Of a stretch of DNA of 64,000 bases, positions 1 to 13,557 are shown in pieces. Numbering within the stretch: the first letter of the stretch is position 1; every line of letters starts with the position of its first letter. Location of the stretch: the NCBI GenBank assembly GCA_030295235.1, contig AP026140.1, positions 248,001 through 312,000 on the forward strand. Reading direction: 5' to 3'. Under the pieces are notes generated by a model. That model did no database searches and was not told where the DNA came from. It saw nothing but the letters and a program-made list of their open reading frames with translations. The translations under genes were made by a program, and so were the position numbers. This stretch comes from Fistulifera solaris. Its lineage: Eukaryota.

Positions 1-202
1 ATCAGAGCAGTCCAGATTGCGGCTGACGAACGATTATGCGCCTCTTACCGCTCTACTCCGTCAATTCGATCAACAAGTATCTTCATTCACAGGGCAGATG
101 GAGCGCTTTGCCTATAAAGCTGCTCCAAGTTATGAAGGTCTTATCGAAAAATGGACACAAGAAGCCGCTCTTTCCAACGGGGACGATGGTGCATCTGCAT
201 GA
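1..202 (+). CDS. 3' end of an unidentified protein-coding gene (truncated by window edge)
   Basis: Open frame from the window start to TGA at 200-202 with protein-like composition; convergent with the next gene. Confidence 0.4.
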   Translation, partial: SEQSRLRLTNDYAPLTALLRQFDQQVSSFTGQMERFAYKAAPSYEGLIEKWTQEAALSNGDDGASA

Positions 203-285
203 AGTTCGAAGCCGAGGCCGGCAGTTGTAGCAATACTACAGTGCTCCCTATGTAAATACTCCGAAGTTAAGGCACTTTTATTCAT

Positions 286-2266
286 TTATGCTACATCCGC
301 GTCCGGAAGAGGTGCTTTGCAAGCACCTGCACTGGTTGATAAAGGAACGCCTTTGTAGGTGGCCACACCGGAGCTGTCAGTTTTGAGGTCGGGAAATACT
401 ACATCCAACATTTTCTTTTTTGATAATTTGGTTTTCTGTCGCGGGCTCTCCGTCAAACCCTTCTACCATGACACGCTCACCTATCTTTGCACCCTCAGGA
501 GGCTCTACGAATTTCACTTGATCGCCAGCCGATGCGCATAGCACCATCCCGTGCGAAGGAAATCCAACCAACTTTCGTTCCTTCAAGTTTGACAGCACCA
601 GAACACGCTGGCCTACTAAATCATCAACGCTGTAGTGAGCTCGGAGTCCAGAGGCTATTTTGCGGGGACCTTCCGGTTCCCCAATATCGATTTCTTCGCA
701 AAATAGCTTTTCGGCTTCTTCATGCTCCCAGGCCTTGGTGATAATGCCGACGCGAATATCAAACTTCGAAACATCGATTTCAGCAGATGGAGCTTGTTCT
801 TGTTTCTCAGATGCCGTCGTCAACTTTTCAGTTTCCTGTTTATTTAGGGCCTCTAATTCAGCAAGTGATCGGACGATTCGACTGGGTACTTTTTTCACCA
901 CGTGGGTCCGGTTTAGGCTCTGGCTGTGGTTTTCCAGATAAGAAATTCGACAGGCCTGCGAAATGGCGACTCAATTGTGAGCTTTGATAAATAATACTCC
1001 GTATAAAAAATTTAAATATGCTGCAAGCAACGTACCATCATCGTAAAAGTGCGGAAACTGCTCCAGGAATCGCTTGTCGTTTTTCGTGAACTCGCGCAAA
1101 TCCTTGACTCCGTGAATTACCATACAAAAGCGCTCGACACCAAAACCGGCCGCGAAACCAGAATACTCGTTGGGATCAATGCCAGCCATTTCCAAAACAT
1201 TCGGATCAACCATCCCGCAACCCAATACTTCCATCCATTTTCCACGAAAGAATACGTCGACCTCCATGCTGGGTTCAGTGAAAGGGAAGTAACTCCCTCG
1301 AAAGCGAACCTGAATGTCGGGTCCCAACATTTCTTTCAAAAAGTGTTCGACGGTACCTTTTAAATGTCCCAGATTGAGTTCACCGCGCTTTTCTAACGCC
1401 AAAATTTCAACTTGATGAAACATTAGAGAATGTGTGGCATCAATATCGTCTTTTCGATACACCCGACCGGGCGCTACAATCCGAAGCGGAGGTTTGCGCT
1501 TTTTCAACTGTCGGATCTGTACGGAGGAAGTATGTGTACGCAACAAATACTCCATATCTTCCGTCAAATAGAAAGTGTCCTGCATATCGCGAGCGGGATG
1601 ATCTTTGGGGCAGTTGAGGGCTTCGAAGCAGTTGTAATCGGTCTCAATTTCGGGTGAATCTTCGACGGACGTGACGGTATCGTAACCGAGACTCGTAAAT
1701 ATATCAATGGCTTTTTCCATGGTCATACTCAAAGGATGACGACGACCGATATCGGGGTATCGAGAAATTCCAGGCATGGTGACATCAATGTACTCGGCTT
1801 TCATTTTTTCTTCAATCATTCCAATTTCCAATTGCTTCATACTTTCGGTTACTCTCGTCTCTAAAGCTTCCTTAATTTCATTCACCACTGCTCCTAATTT
1901 AGGTTTATCTTCATTCGAGAGTAGACGCATGTACCCCATGGCCTTGTTAATGGGTCCCTTTTTTCCCAAATATTCTCGACGAATAGCTTCCGCATCGGCA
2001 ACCGTTTTTACTTGATCCATTTTGGCGTCAAATTCTTCCTTGACTTGTTGTAGCTCGGCGGAAACTTGCTCAATCGGAACAACTTGTTCGCTCGTTCCTG
2101 TCATGGAAAGCGCGCGGACAGGATCTCGCTGAGGTAGGAAGTTGGGATGCCGTGATACTGTGGTTGCCGTGTGAACACCGTGAGAAATTCGCAGGGACGT
2201 TGGAAGAAAGGCTTCGACAGAGATCGACGCCAAAACAGCAAAATGGATCCAGCAACTTAATTTCAT
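286..2266 (-). CDS. pheS: Plastid-targeted bacterial-type phenylalanyl-tRNA synthetase alpha subunit, apparently fused to a C-terminal EMAP-II/Trbp111-like tRNA-binding OB domain
   Basis: Motifs HPARDMQDTFY, LLRTHTSSVQ, YFPFTEPS, EVLGCGMV, FAAGFGVER. Signal peptide ending VEA-FLP from ATG 2266. GT-AG intron 1035..956 leads to DIRVG..KLFCEEID..IASGL..SHGMVLCA. Two +1 homopolymer shifts (~890, ~416); repaired frame ends ...ADVA* at 286. Confidence 0.85.
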
Positions 2267-2724
2267 GATGATTGTTGAATTTATACTACGTAATAATACA
2301 CCGCTGCTTCGAGGCCGAAGTAGGTTTAACAAAGATTATATGTGCCAATACTACACAAGGAGAATAATGATGATCTGAATCATCGTTTCATCGTCATCGT
2401 TGCCATCATGAACTGTTTTTTGAGGTTGTTGGTCTACGCGAACTTTACGTAGAACCGTAGTAGAAAAACGTACGCAAAAAGACCCGGAGTTGCAACAAAT
2501 CGGACGGACAGACAGACAATATTTTTCACACGTCAGCACGTCAGTCACTATTATTGTGGAAGATAATTGGCATTAAGGATTTTATTTGACTCTAAAACAT
2601 TTGATTTCAACTTGGTTAACCCTATTGAAGATAATTCGTGACATGAGTGAGTCATCAATCGAGCAACAAAAACGAAAAAAAGAAGGAGCACATTGACACA
2701 AAATAGAAAAGCATCAATGGAATA

Positions 2725-3561
2725 ATGTTTACAAAACAACTTTCAACACTAATTCTTGCATCGGTTGCTATTGTCGGAAAGAGCGGCTGCAATGCTTTCG
2801 TGACGCAGCAGCAGAAGTACGAAAGACTGGGCGAGCTGTCTGTATCATCGGAGGCAGAATCGTCGTGGATGGGCAGTCGCCGTTCATTGCTACAAACGAC
2901 ACTCTCAGCGTTGGCAGTGCCTCCCGTCATTTTTCTTCAGAGTACACCAGTCTCGGCTGCCACGAGAGAGCCCCTTGCTGACGTATTGTATCGGATCATG
3001 CGTGTGCGCGAAGCGACTCAACAAGAAACGAGACTCATCAAGACGGGAAAATTCAAAGACGTGCAACGAGCGAATGTGAAACTGGCCGTGAAATTTATGG
3101 TGGACAATTATCGTCTGAATGATGCCTTTGTGACGGCCAGCAGTTATTTGGAGGGGTCGGATTCTCGCCGTGTCGAGGCGAGTCAAGTCGGACAGACCGC
3201 CGTGCAGAATTTATACACGATTTTGGAATACTTCGATTCGGCCGATGTACAGAACCTGAAGGTAGGTGTTTTGTGTGTGTGACATGTTGCGAGACGAGCT
3301 ATTCGAACTGACAAATAGCAACCAAAATTGTGCCGAAACTCGCTCATGATAGGTTGGTCAAATGAGCGCCATGTCGGGAAAAGAAGAGTTGGTTTTCAAA
3401 GGCTTAGACGCAACGCGACGAAGTATCGATGACTTTTAGCATACTTCCCCAAAGCGGAAGTAGATGCGGTCTTAAGCAAAATTAAAGAGGAGAATGAGCT
3501 CAACGCCAAAGAATTCGATTCCTCATTTGGCGTGATTCTGAACATGCCGCCTCCGTCGTGA
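2725..3561 (+). CDS. Plastid, probably thylakoid-lumen, protein of unknown function
   Basis: Signal peptide ending CNA-FV, then a twin-arginine SRRSLL motif, a hydrophobic stretch and VSA. Intron ~3262-3352; one homopolymer frameshift ~3435; TGA 3559-3561. Confidence 0.65.
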
Positions 3562-4182
3562 AACAACTAGACCATGACAATGATTAGCGATGTTTTGTGG
3601 GTAAACGGATGCTCTAGAACTTTGAGTAATCCTAGCCTATACTATCCTTTTTGATTGCGTGTAGCCATTAGCCACTATTTTTTCTTGATCCTCACTAAAT
3701 GACCTGTCGAAGGTTGGACGCTCGCGCCAGAAAACGACGTACTTGTACTTTTGTTGTTATAGTCTTTTAGGCAAAGGTACACTTTAGTATCTTCTCGTAT
3801 CTTTGCGCGCATTTGTCAGCCACATAAAATGCTATAGTGATCAATCAGCGTCATGTTTCGATACGAAATCAAAAACCGCACAGATACCTCACATTTTGAT
3901 GCGATCTGACGTCCGTTTTTAGAGAACTTGACACTGATGACACCACTCTAAAAGGAGCAAGAAGAAGATCATTCTGTATTCTCACCTCTAATCCGAACAG
4001 TCTGAACCACGACGATCCGAGACGAGTGACGATACACCACGAAAAGAGACAATAGTCGGTATCTTCCGTCGCCAATCGGCTTGCTCGAATTATTCATGTC
4101 AGTGGCTGGATTCTGGGGTTGTCAACGTGATTGATGGATCTGTTTGTGGCGACATTATAGGCGCAGGCGAATTATAACGAAT

Positions 4183-7100
4183 ATGGAGCCGGCCATCGAC
4201 GTCATGAGCAGAGCATTGCAGGGGAGACCATGGGGCGCGCTCCTTCCTGGAAAGAACGACTACTATTTATGCTTTAGATGTCACAGATACGTCCAATGCG
4301 AAGACGTACGGTTGCTGGAATTTTATTCATCAAGCGATGAACGAGATAGAGAGATATGAGCTTGCGAATGATCCTTTCACGCCATCGAGCTTGGTGGCTC
4401 ATGCGCGACTGCTTTCAACCATGGCGTTAAAAGTGGCTAGAAGATCGCCAGCCAAAGATAGGGCTATGGTTGCGACTTGCATATCAAATGATTCACACGG
4501 CAATCTTTCTCCTGAGCAGTCGCAATGGCTTTTGGATCTGAATTTCGAACTTCGAGAAATTGTTATGGGTCGTATTGCAGCAATGGCTTTTGATTTTAGT
4601 TTTCACCGGTCGAGTGTAGGTCGTCATGGGAACTCGTCGTTTGCGGATCATGTTGTGATGGATACATTTTGCGCTGTTTTGTCGGCGAATGCCGTGACGA
4701 GTGGACCTCACGCTATACGACACTTTTCGACGGAATGGATTATTCCTTCTTCGAGAAATCTTCCTCCATTTGCTCTCGCTTCCGTTGTCTTTCATTTGGC
4801 AATGGAAAGTCAAAGAAAGCTGGCTCCAGCAGGTACAAAGGACACGCTACAACAACTTTCCAGCCCAATTATTTGTATCGTTCTTATACCTATACTAGCG
4901 GCAACAATATCGGAAGATGAAGAGTTAAGTGCTTCTTCTCGAGATGCTGAACGCATAGCAACCAAATGCCTTTGCGCGCTGAAAGCATGGTGCAATGCAA
5001 CGGACTTGAGTCTTCCGCAGATCAGCCATGTCTGTTTAAAATTTGGCGTAAGTACATTTGTGTTCGCCTTTGATATTAAGTCTTGTTATCAATCTAACCA
5101 TGGTAGGCGATTTTATCAGTCCAAGATTGTTGACCTGCTTAGTGACATCATGTACTCAGATTCGGGTTTAGTCATTGATGCGCTCGCGGAGCTTATTGAG
5201 ATAGTTGTACCTCTCTCAGATGAGAAAGTCATGTCAGAAGGGAGAATGAGTCAGGTTCGACATATTCTGCAAGTTGATGATTTAGAATTTCGGAGCAAGT
5301 TTTCTCCTGAGCAACTTAAGCTGATAGAGTTTCGAGAAATGGGTGCCATTGTGAATGAGCTCGTCTCCGCCGTCAGCTTGCAGCGATTTCGTTTCGTCGA
5401 AAGGCAGAAGAACGGTACGCATAATTTACTTTCTATGAAATGTCGCCAAACGCCGCTCACGTTGCTGAATACGTATTTCAGATGAACACGAAGTATGCCG
5501 AAATTTGGCGAGAATTGCAGCAACCGTTTGTTCAACACACATCGATGTAATGACCAGAGAAGAATCCGTAGTGCTAGATAAGGGTGTGCTGACTCTTCTC
5601 TTAAAAGCAGCAGCCCATCCTTCTGTCAATGTTTGTGCCATAGTGTTACCTGTGCTGACAAAATGCATTTCAATAATGTCATTGCTCGGTCCGGAACTGC
5701 TGCCGGTTCTGCAAAGAAGGGCGATCATTCCTCATACTCTTACGAGCAACCTCCTTTCCTTTGCGGTACCTAGCTTCTGCGATATCAACTTTTCTGAATT
5801 TTGTAGATTCAGGGATGATGTTCTCAGGAAAGCACTAATTGCATGCTGGAATGCGAACCGTTCATATTACGTTGAGTCATGCGCCTCGGCTGTTGAAGAG
5901 TTCTGTTCGATTTCATCATCAATCGAAGTCTCTTTGCAATTGGAGGCTGCCTTATTTTGCATTGAAATCATCGGTCCTGAAGCTACACATGTCGCTGATG
6001 GCTTCCCTCATGGTGATCAGTTGTCACAGATCATTGCAGCTCTTGGTTTGAAGCCGCAAAGTCTTATGTTGAATCCGCTGACGCTCGCGAGAGCATATAG
6101 AATGATGAAGATGGTGAGTTACTTTTCTGTGCTTCTTCTCCACGGGAGTAAGTTCTCTAATTTTGCAAAATTAGTACTCGGAATGGTGTCTCGCGGCAGG
6201 AAAAGATTCGATCGGCTTTGAACTTTGTGTCGCTGGATTTATAAAGGCCTCAAGGAGCATCCAGCTGAGCAGTGACCTTGTCGAATATTCCCTCTCGGTA
6301 CCAACAGAAGCTGCATCGTGTCTGAAAAACTTTATTTCTGGCCATCCCTTGCATTATGCAAGTGACACATGTGCTGCAGCATTGCGTGGTAAGTTTCTCT
6401 CTAGAATGCGTCGCGTTCTAGAAGCTCGAGTCTCATTTCAATATTTTGAAAGCCTGTTGGGATGCTTCACAGCCCACAATCGAAAGAACAGACGCTTTCA
6501 GTACCGAATCTCGATTGACCCTGGGCGCTGGTTTAATGCAGATATTCCAGGTTATGCCGAGAGAGCATCAACCTAGACTTCTTGAAGAGTTAGTCACATC
6601 ATCGATTGCGCGGTTGAATCATTTAAGCCAAGTTCTTGCAAGTGTCGACAGAAACACCTTCTCGTCTACTCAAATGGACAATGTGGCTGACGACATAGTG
6701 TTACTCTCTGGGCTAACAAGAGAGTATCTGCTCTCAACATCAAGTGATAACGAGGACATGGCAGACGACCACAGGACGCCACCGCTACCGGACAGTGCGA
6801 CTGATGTTGTCATGGCATCTCATGTTGTATCGTTGATTCGAAACTCTCTTCCCGCTATTCTTTTTTTGGTAAAAATGTTTCTTCGTGATGAGGTACGTGT
6901 ATGCAATTAAGTCTGATACTCGACCAGATGCGTCTCAAAAGCATTTCAGACTGTGCATGTTGCGTTTAAAACTTTTATTTCAGATCTCGTTCCTTTCTCA
7001 TCAAAATGGGGCGACTCTAGCCTCCTGTTGGACTTTTTGTTGCTAATAGACGATCTTCGTCTTGCAAGTGAAGATCATTTTCATGAATGCAGTCTTATTT

Positions 7101-8025
7101 TCCACATTCTACAAGAAATCACAAAAGGATAGGAAACGATATTGAAAATCATTTCATCGGAATACAGTCCTCGCAACCCTTTTCTGAGATCAGTAGATCT
7201 TTTGAGAACAAGGTGGTCATTTGCATTGGGCTATTAAACGTAATTGAGTTCAGTGGCCAGAAGGCTCAAATTGATGGAAGCGAAACAACATTGGTTTCAT
7301 CAGCCCCCTTAATTGAAAAAAACTGAAAAAGTTGACGAGGAGAATGTGGTGCTCTTTTTGGATCTTTTGACGGTGCTGCTTCAGTCGTGCCCTTCTTTTA
7401 CCATTCGATTAAAGGCAGAGAAGGGAGGCGTAGAAAGTGGAGACCGAATTGCCAACATAGCTGTAGATGCAGCTGCCAAATCGATGACCGTAGACGACGC
7501 TGGCAGCGTAAAAAGCGCGGTTCGTTTTCTCTTGTGCCTGGTGAGTCGGACATTTTCTCGCCATTGTTCACTCCTTGATTTATGCATGACTTGCTAACAC
7601 TTCGAGTACAGTTGCGTTTAACTCAAGCTTCCGATGAAAATCTGGTCGCTTTTGCTACACAAGCATCAGCGCATGTTAGACGAAATACAGTCGCTGCTAT
7701 GCTAGCAGGAGCATGTGGCAAACTCGACGTTGCTTTGCTGCATGACGTCGCCGATTTATTGGTTTTAACCTTGAAATGTACACCGCTCGGGGAAATCGAA
7801 TCACACTTAGTTTCAGCTCTGCGACAAGATTTCTTCCTGTGCGGGGATGACGCCAAAGATGCAACGCTTTCCTTTTTTGCAAAGTGTGTGCTTCAAGGCT
7901 GGCCAGAGGATGGCGTGCAAAACTTTCTTAATGAATTGTGGGACATGCACCAGGCGGAAGATGACGATTCACTCCATAACAGCGATCTAGTCGCTCGTTT
8001 TGTCACCAAATACCAGACACCTTGA
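4183..8025 (+). CDS. Large multi-exon HEAT/ARM-repeat protein, importin-beta family (transportin-3/importin-13-like)
   Basis: Chain of + strand ORFs joined by GT-AG introns; helical Leu-rich sequence; LEAALFCIEII resembles karyopherin-beta repeats. Start uncertain. Confidence 0.55.
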
Positions 8026-8157
8026 ACTGCACAATTAATGGAAAACTAACAAGATGGATTTGTTGAAGCAGAAGACCGATGGTTTTAACAAGTCAACGCA
8101 ATGTACATAAGGCTTGAGAATGAGAGCTGAGTAATATTATGAACTAAACGAGAATAA

Positions 8158-10792
8158 TTACTTTTTCTTCAAAAGCTCTGCTGTAGCTAGTTCCGCGGAA
8201 AAGGCTGCATGCTTTCCAGCGTAAGTGGTTGCGCGCTTGCGAGCATGTCTGTTTACCATGTAATAATTCTTGACGCAATATCCAAAAACTCTGCTTAGAA
8301 TGACAAGCCACACTAATTTTGGGTACGCTTTCTTCAAAAGATGTAGCAAAGATGCGCTCGAATCAACTGCAATAGGATAGAGTTGCATTTCCGACCAAGG
8401 CGTGGAAGAATTCCACTTAAAGACGGGCTGGCAATCACCAATTCAGAAGGATGTGTTTATTGAACGATCTCATTTGATTTGTGGCATTTAATGACTTACC
8501 TTCATTCCTCGAAAGTTCGCCATACCGTGCACTACAACAGATGGTAGAAGTATCTTCCACAGCGGCATCGCAACACCAAGCAAATCACGTTTTGCAAGGC
8601 CAAGGGCTGTTATAGTACCACATAGTTCATGAATAGGAAATACCCCCCTGCAAAACGAGAAGAAGCTTTTGCTTTCGTGGTGTGGTTTCGTGTATAAAAG
8701 AATCCGTCGGATGCTATCACACATCTTCAAACCCAAGGATGCGGCAAGCATCTGAGTCACGTGTTGGTTCGCGTTAACGATATCGACTTCTCCATCCCGC
8801 CGTTGTACCTGCTCTGGCACAAGCTCCGTCTTTGTCACCTGACTATGTTTGTCGGTCACAGTCTTCCTTCGCCAGTTGAAATTTCGCGGCAATGTCGCTG
8901 TCCATAACAAAATTTTCAATTTCACAAACTCTTCCACCACCGGACTCGCTATACAGCTTGTAAGAAAATCAGCAGCGAAAAGGGTAATGCGCTTCGGCTT
9001 ATATCCATTTTCGCGCAACACCCACGGCAAAATGAACAGGGGGGATTCGAGGCGAAAGATCGAAAATGCGTTTTTCCAAGAGACTGAACACCGCAAGTCG
9101 GATAACAGTAGCGAGCACTACCTCCGAAATAAATGCCATTGTATATCCCACGGAACAGGATGTGAAAAGCGTATTGATCACATCGTTTCGATTGTTCATA
9201 GCTCCATCATAAACCAGAGCCATTACTACAGCTGGAAAAATCAAAACAAGAGAAACAACCCGCGCATTCTCCAGGATGCGGAAACGATACTCGTCTAAAG
9301 GTAAATTGCGGGGAGATACTGCAGCGAAACACGCCAAAGATCCAGCCGCGATGAGTAGAGTTATCTGCTGTATTGACCTTCCAGTAAGAGAGCCATTTCT
9401 GTTGATCTAACAAGACGGAGGTCAGAGGATGATAAAGTTATCATAATGCGGCTTGTCGTGTCGTACTTACCACTGCAAGCTGGCCTTTTTCTGTGGAACT
9501 TAGCGGTGCTACATTATTGGAGAAAGCACTTGCAGCTGGCACCGGGTGTAAAGAACTCTGTGGGTGCTGAAAAACGACATTCGGTGTCTGTGGTTGCCAA
9601 GGTGACTGTGCTTGATTATTTCCTGCAGTCGGTGGAGAAGTCCATTGCGGAGGTGGCTGGTAGTGTTGGTATTCCGGAGGTATAGCATTGCTGGTGATAG
9701 AATTCGGCGGATGATTTCCGAATCCTTGCTGATGGATCGGTTGGGAGCTATAATAATGTGGAGGATTTTGGTATTGTTGAGCTGCGTACGCCTGTGCATC
9801 GTAAAAAATCTGGCGGTGGTGATTGCTGTGCGTACGTTTGTTGTGGATAGGAATGTGGGTAGTCAGCTGTAGTGGGAACCGACGGATGTTGCCTTTGACT
9901 TTCTTCAGCCTTCGGTATGTAGCTTGTTGTTGCAGGTGCGTACGAATTCGATTCGAGTATCGCTTCAGTTTCACTTTCTCCTTCCGCGTCGCTGTAATAT
10001 ACGGGCAAATTTGGCAGGGTATATCCCAACGCATCATCACTTTCTTCAGAAAGGTCGTCCTCCGAAAACGGCTGAACTGGAGGAGGAGGAGGTCTGTGTA
10101 TATTGGATGCTGGAGACGAAGGATTGTATGAATTGTTGCTTGATGGTGGGGCCTTTGGTCTGCTGGCTTCGTGGAGTCGATGTTGCCGCATTTGCTCGGT
10201 AAAGCCTTGATCCCTCATTTTCCGTTGCTGTTTCTTGTACTTTGCTCGATCTTTGCTGGTCCACAATGACTCTTTGGAAGCTCTCTGACTAGTTTTGTGT
10301 GTCGGCTTGGTCATGTAATCCGTGTCATCGAGCATCTGTTGTAGTCGATCCAACGTTTTCATGGATTGATAGGATGCCGAGTGTTTGTCACTTTGACTGG
10401 TTTCATCTCGAGGTTTCGTGCTGTCCTTTTGTTTTCTCTTCCCCGAAAAGTTGGAGGTCGCTCCGGGAACTGTGGAATAAGATATGGAAGTTGTTTCCAA
10501 ACGCTACAGGAGCATCCAGCAGAGAATGATCATCGTGATTGTCATCATCCGAACTCGACTCGGTTTCATTCCCATCATCGGAACCGCCAGCATCATCATT
10601 CCACCAACTGGTATCTTCATCGATTCGATTGCGAGAACTATTGTTGGATAAATTTTTATTCGTACTGCAAGTAGGCAAACTCCACGAAAAGCCGTCGGCC
10701 GGAGTGGTGGCAGCTGTCGTCAGCGGCAAGTAGTAGCAAGCCGCAAAGGAAACCAGAACGACCATCTGTCGGGACCGTTTTCTGCTTGGCAT
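8158..10792 (-). CDS. Membrane protein with long Pro/Gln-rich N-terminus and PrsW-like intramembrane protease domain
   Basis: N-terminal hydrophobic segment, low-complexity P/Q region, several TM segments with ASPVVEEFVKL (EExxK) and VVVHGMANF (HxxxN-type) motifs; introns and frameshifts split the ORF. Confidence 0.6.
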
Positions 10793-11251
10793 GTTTGACG
10801 CGTTCGTTCTATGTAGCTATATGGAAGATGAAGCTCTCTTAATGTTGATGAACACAAAAGAAGGAGTTGAACTCAACCACAGCGCTTGAATTTCGCATGT
10901 TCGCGATGGCGAGGCGCTGCGCTTTCATTGCAATCGAAGTCTCCGAGACTACTACTATAGCTACAGTCATTTACACCGGTATTCAGTTTTCTTATACATG
11001 AACTATGATAATCTTGTCCTACTGAGTAGAAAAACGTCTCTCTTGTTTTGCTGTATCACATATAGTAGGGGGGCGTGCGTACGCCAGCCGTCGCGGAAGA
11101 CCGCGAACCGCGAAAAAATGAGTGAGATGGAAATAATGAGTACCAGGTGTACCAGGTAAAGCAAGGAAAATGGTCTCCATTCAAATAAAGATGACAACTC
11201 TTTCTTGGTGAGACAGTTCATCCAGCAAAAGACACATAAGACTTAACAATC

Positions 11252-12268
11252 ATGTCGCTGGCGAAGTATAGCTGGCAGATAATTTTGCGGCGAGGAGCGT
11301 CTTCTCGAGCAGCAACATTCATCGCACAACGGCAGAGATGCAATCGGAATTGTCTTGTCATTCAACAAACAATACAGAGGGCATGGAACAGCAGTAAAAC
11401 ACCCAACAACACTATTGATAATGAAAATACAGACGATACATCCGAATGGATTCCTCCCAGTCATCCATTGGCGGGTGATCGAGGACAATCGCATCTCGAT
11501 CAGCGGTTTCACGAACCCAACCTGGCGGAAATTGAAAAGCAATTGAAAGAGATGGAAATGGAAGAAAAGACGTCCCGTACCAGCACAAATGAAGTCGACT
11601 GGCTTCAAACACGACGCAAAAAGATGGGTCCCATCGACATGCTACTGCCACACGAAGCCAAACTGAAGAAAGATGCCCTGGCGGAAATTCCCATCAAACA
11701 TCATACACTCTTATCGAAAGATGAAATCGCGACATGTTTAGAAGCCATGGGTGGCCGTGATATTACTGTCATACTGGATGACCCCCGGTATCGACGCATG
11801 GGGGGAGCTTTGGGCCTGATTCTGGTCAGTGCTTCCACGCATACACAACTCTCTATGATGGCGGATGCATTGGTGCGACAGATGCGGAGACGTGATTTGC
11901 ACCAACTGGATGTGTTAGGTGCCAAATATGGTCCGGAAGGCAATCAACGTAGTAGTAGTCAAGCAGAAGAAACGTGGATTGTGGTCGATTGTCGAAATTA
12001 TGTCGTTCATTTTCAAGATGAAGTCACACGAAAGTTGATTGATTTGGAAGCTTTGTGGTCGGGGAAGGATCCACTTTTCGAGATTAATTACCGAGACGAA
12101 GATCAAGTCGATGATTATGTTGCAAATCATCCTGTTCCTATGCATTACGGAAGATCGACGGTTGAGTTTGATAATGTGCTCAAGCAATTACACAAACGAC
12201 GGTATACTTCACCACACAAGCCTGTGGTGCGAAAGACAAAAAAGAAGTTGTCGAGCCGACGACGATAG
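11252..12268 (+). CDS. Ribosomal silencing factor RsfS/Iojap (MALSU1-like), mitochondrial
   Basis: WIVVDCRNYVVHFQDEVTRKLIDLEALW signature; Arg-rich N-terminal presequence. Confidence 0.85.
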   Translation: MSLAKYSWQIILRRGASSRAATFIAQRQRCNRNCLVIQQTIQRAWNSSKTPNNTIDNENTDDTSEWIPPSHPLAGDRGQSHLDQRFHEPNLAEIEKQLKEMEMEEKTSRTSTNEVDWLQTRRKKMGPIDMLLPHEAKLKKDALAEIPIKHHTLLSKDEIATCLEAMGGRDITVILDDPRYRRMGGALGLILVSASTHTQLSMMADALVRQMRRRDLHQLDVLGAKYGPEGNQRSSSQAEETWIVVDCRNYVVHFQDEVTRKLIDLEALWSGKDPLFEINYRDEDQVDDYVANHPVPMHYGRSTVEFDNVLKQLHKRRYTSPHKPVVRKTKKKLSSRRR

Positions 12269-12327
12269 ACATATGCAAACTCTAAAAATCGTTCTAGTTC
12301 GTACGTCTATCGCAATTGTTTCAACAA

Positions 12328-13329
12328 CTACTTTGGATTCTCGGCATATTTTCGATACTTGATAAAATCGGCCACAATCTCGTCCGACGGAGCCTTTCCC
12401 GTGTCGGCGTCGTCCGGCAAATACGATTCAAAGCCGGGCATGAGAAATTGGGGTAAATCCGCTTCGGGAATGACGTGCACTTTCTTACGGAAATCGGCCG
12501 CCAACATGGGTTTCATGATGTTCCAAATCTTATCAAACCAACCGGGTGGGTTCACGATAAGAAAGAGACGAACACGAACGGGGACTCGTCCCTGTAGCAT
12601 CATCATAAATTGGTAACAATAATTGATGGAGAAGTTTTCCATCTTCCAATTATTCATATATGCCATGAAGCCGATTCCTGTAAGCAGCAACCTTATCTGA
12701 GCAGAATCATCGTGACATCCCCTTTTTCCTTCCACACAAACCTACCTTCGGAACATGCCTTTTCCTTCTCTACCATAGTTTCCATGTAGTAGCCGAGATT
12801 ATCAATAATGGTTTTTGTAGATGTTTCCTTGGGAAAGTATCGGGCAGGATACATGAAAAACAGATCGTGACCGTCTTTCGTCTGCAAACCAGGAACCGGG
12901 TAGAGTGTCTATCGGTGATCGTAATTGCACACAGATTGAGACAAGAAAAACGCGATTCAAACAAGCAAAGCACGAAAAGACATGTATTACCTTAGTGGCA
13001 AGTTGTTTCTCGAGATCAATAGCATTTAATTCGAGATAACGTCGAGGAAAACTCTTCATGACTTTGAAGGCCGTCTTTTCGTTGAACTTTTCCTTCCCTG
13101 GACTGCAACGAGCAAATCGTAGATACATTTCATCCGAAAATGGCTCATAAGTCTTTTCCCACTTTTCTTTGAGATTATCGAAACACTTCTTTTCCGCTTC
13201 CGTGAGCGCGGCAATTTGCTCCGCAATCGACCGTTCTCCCGTCGGAGCAAAACGCATCGGTCCATCTCCTAATTCCTTGCGCGCGGTAACAAAGTCAATC
13301 TTTGTCTCATTCGTTACTTCAATCGTCAT
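12328..13329 (-). CDS. CRAL-TRIO/Sec14 lipid-binding domain protein (3 exons)
   Basis: SDEMYLRFARC N-domain; PVRVRLFLIVNPPGWFDKIWNIMKPML..RKKVHV and LP..YLP motifs; introns ~12990-12900 and ~12745-12680. Confidence 0.85.
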
Positions 13330-13536
13330 TCTAGTATTTGGTGAACGAGAAGGAGATGGAAGTATACAAGCAACGGGCTTTTTGAGTTTTTGTTATTAAT
13401 TTTTTTATGTGGAAATAAGAGCTTTCGCGAAGATGTAAAAAACGCAAGAAGCCGAACGAGGGTTTTTCGCGAAGATCTAAAAAATGCGCGCTTTAAAATC
13501 TACTATGGGCCGAAAAGTATTGTCCACCTTTCTTCG

Positions 13537-13557
13537 CATGACTGAGTTTCAGTCATG
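13537..13557. promoter_or_regulatory. Palindromic CATGACTGA-gtt-TCAGTCATG element, one member of a recurring promoter motif
   Basis: Perfect 9-3-9 palindrome ~210 bp upstream of the CRAL-TRIO ATG; related copies at 13769, 23635, 47898, 52669 and 53058. Confidence 0.45.

Noticed and set aside
13423..13488. Short direct repeat tttcgcgaagat(g/c)taaaaaa in the CRAL-TRIO upstream region
   Set aside because: Only two ~20-bp copies and nothing else supports a function.
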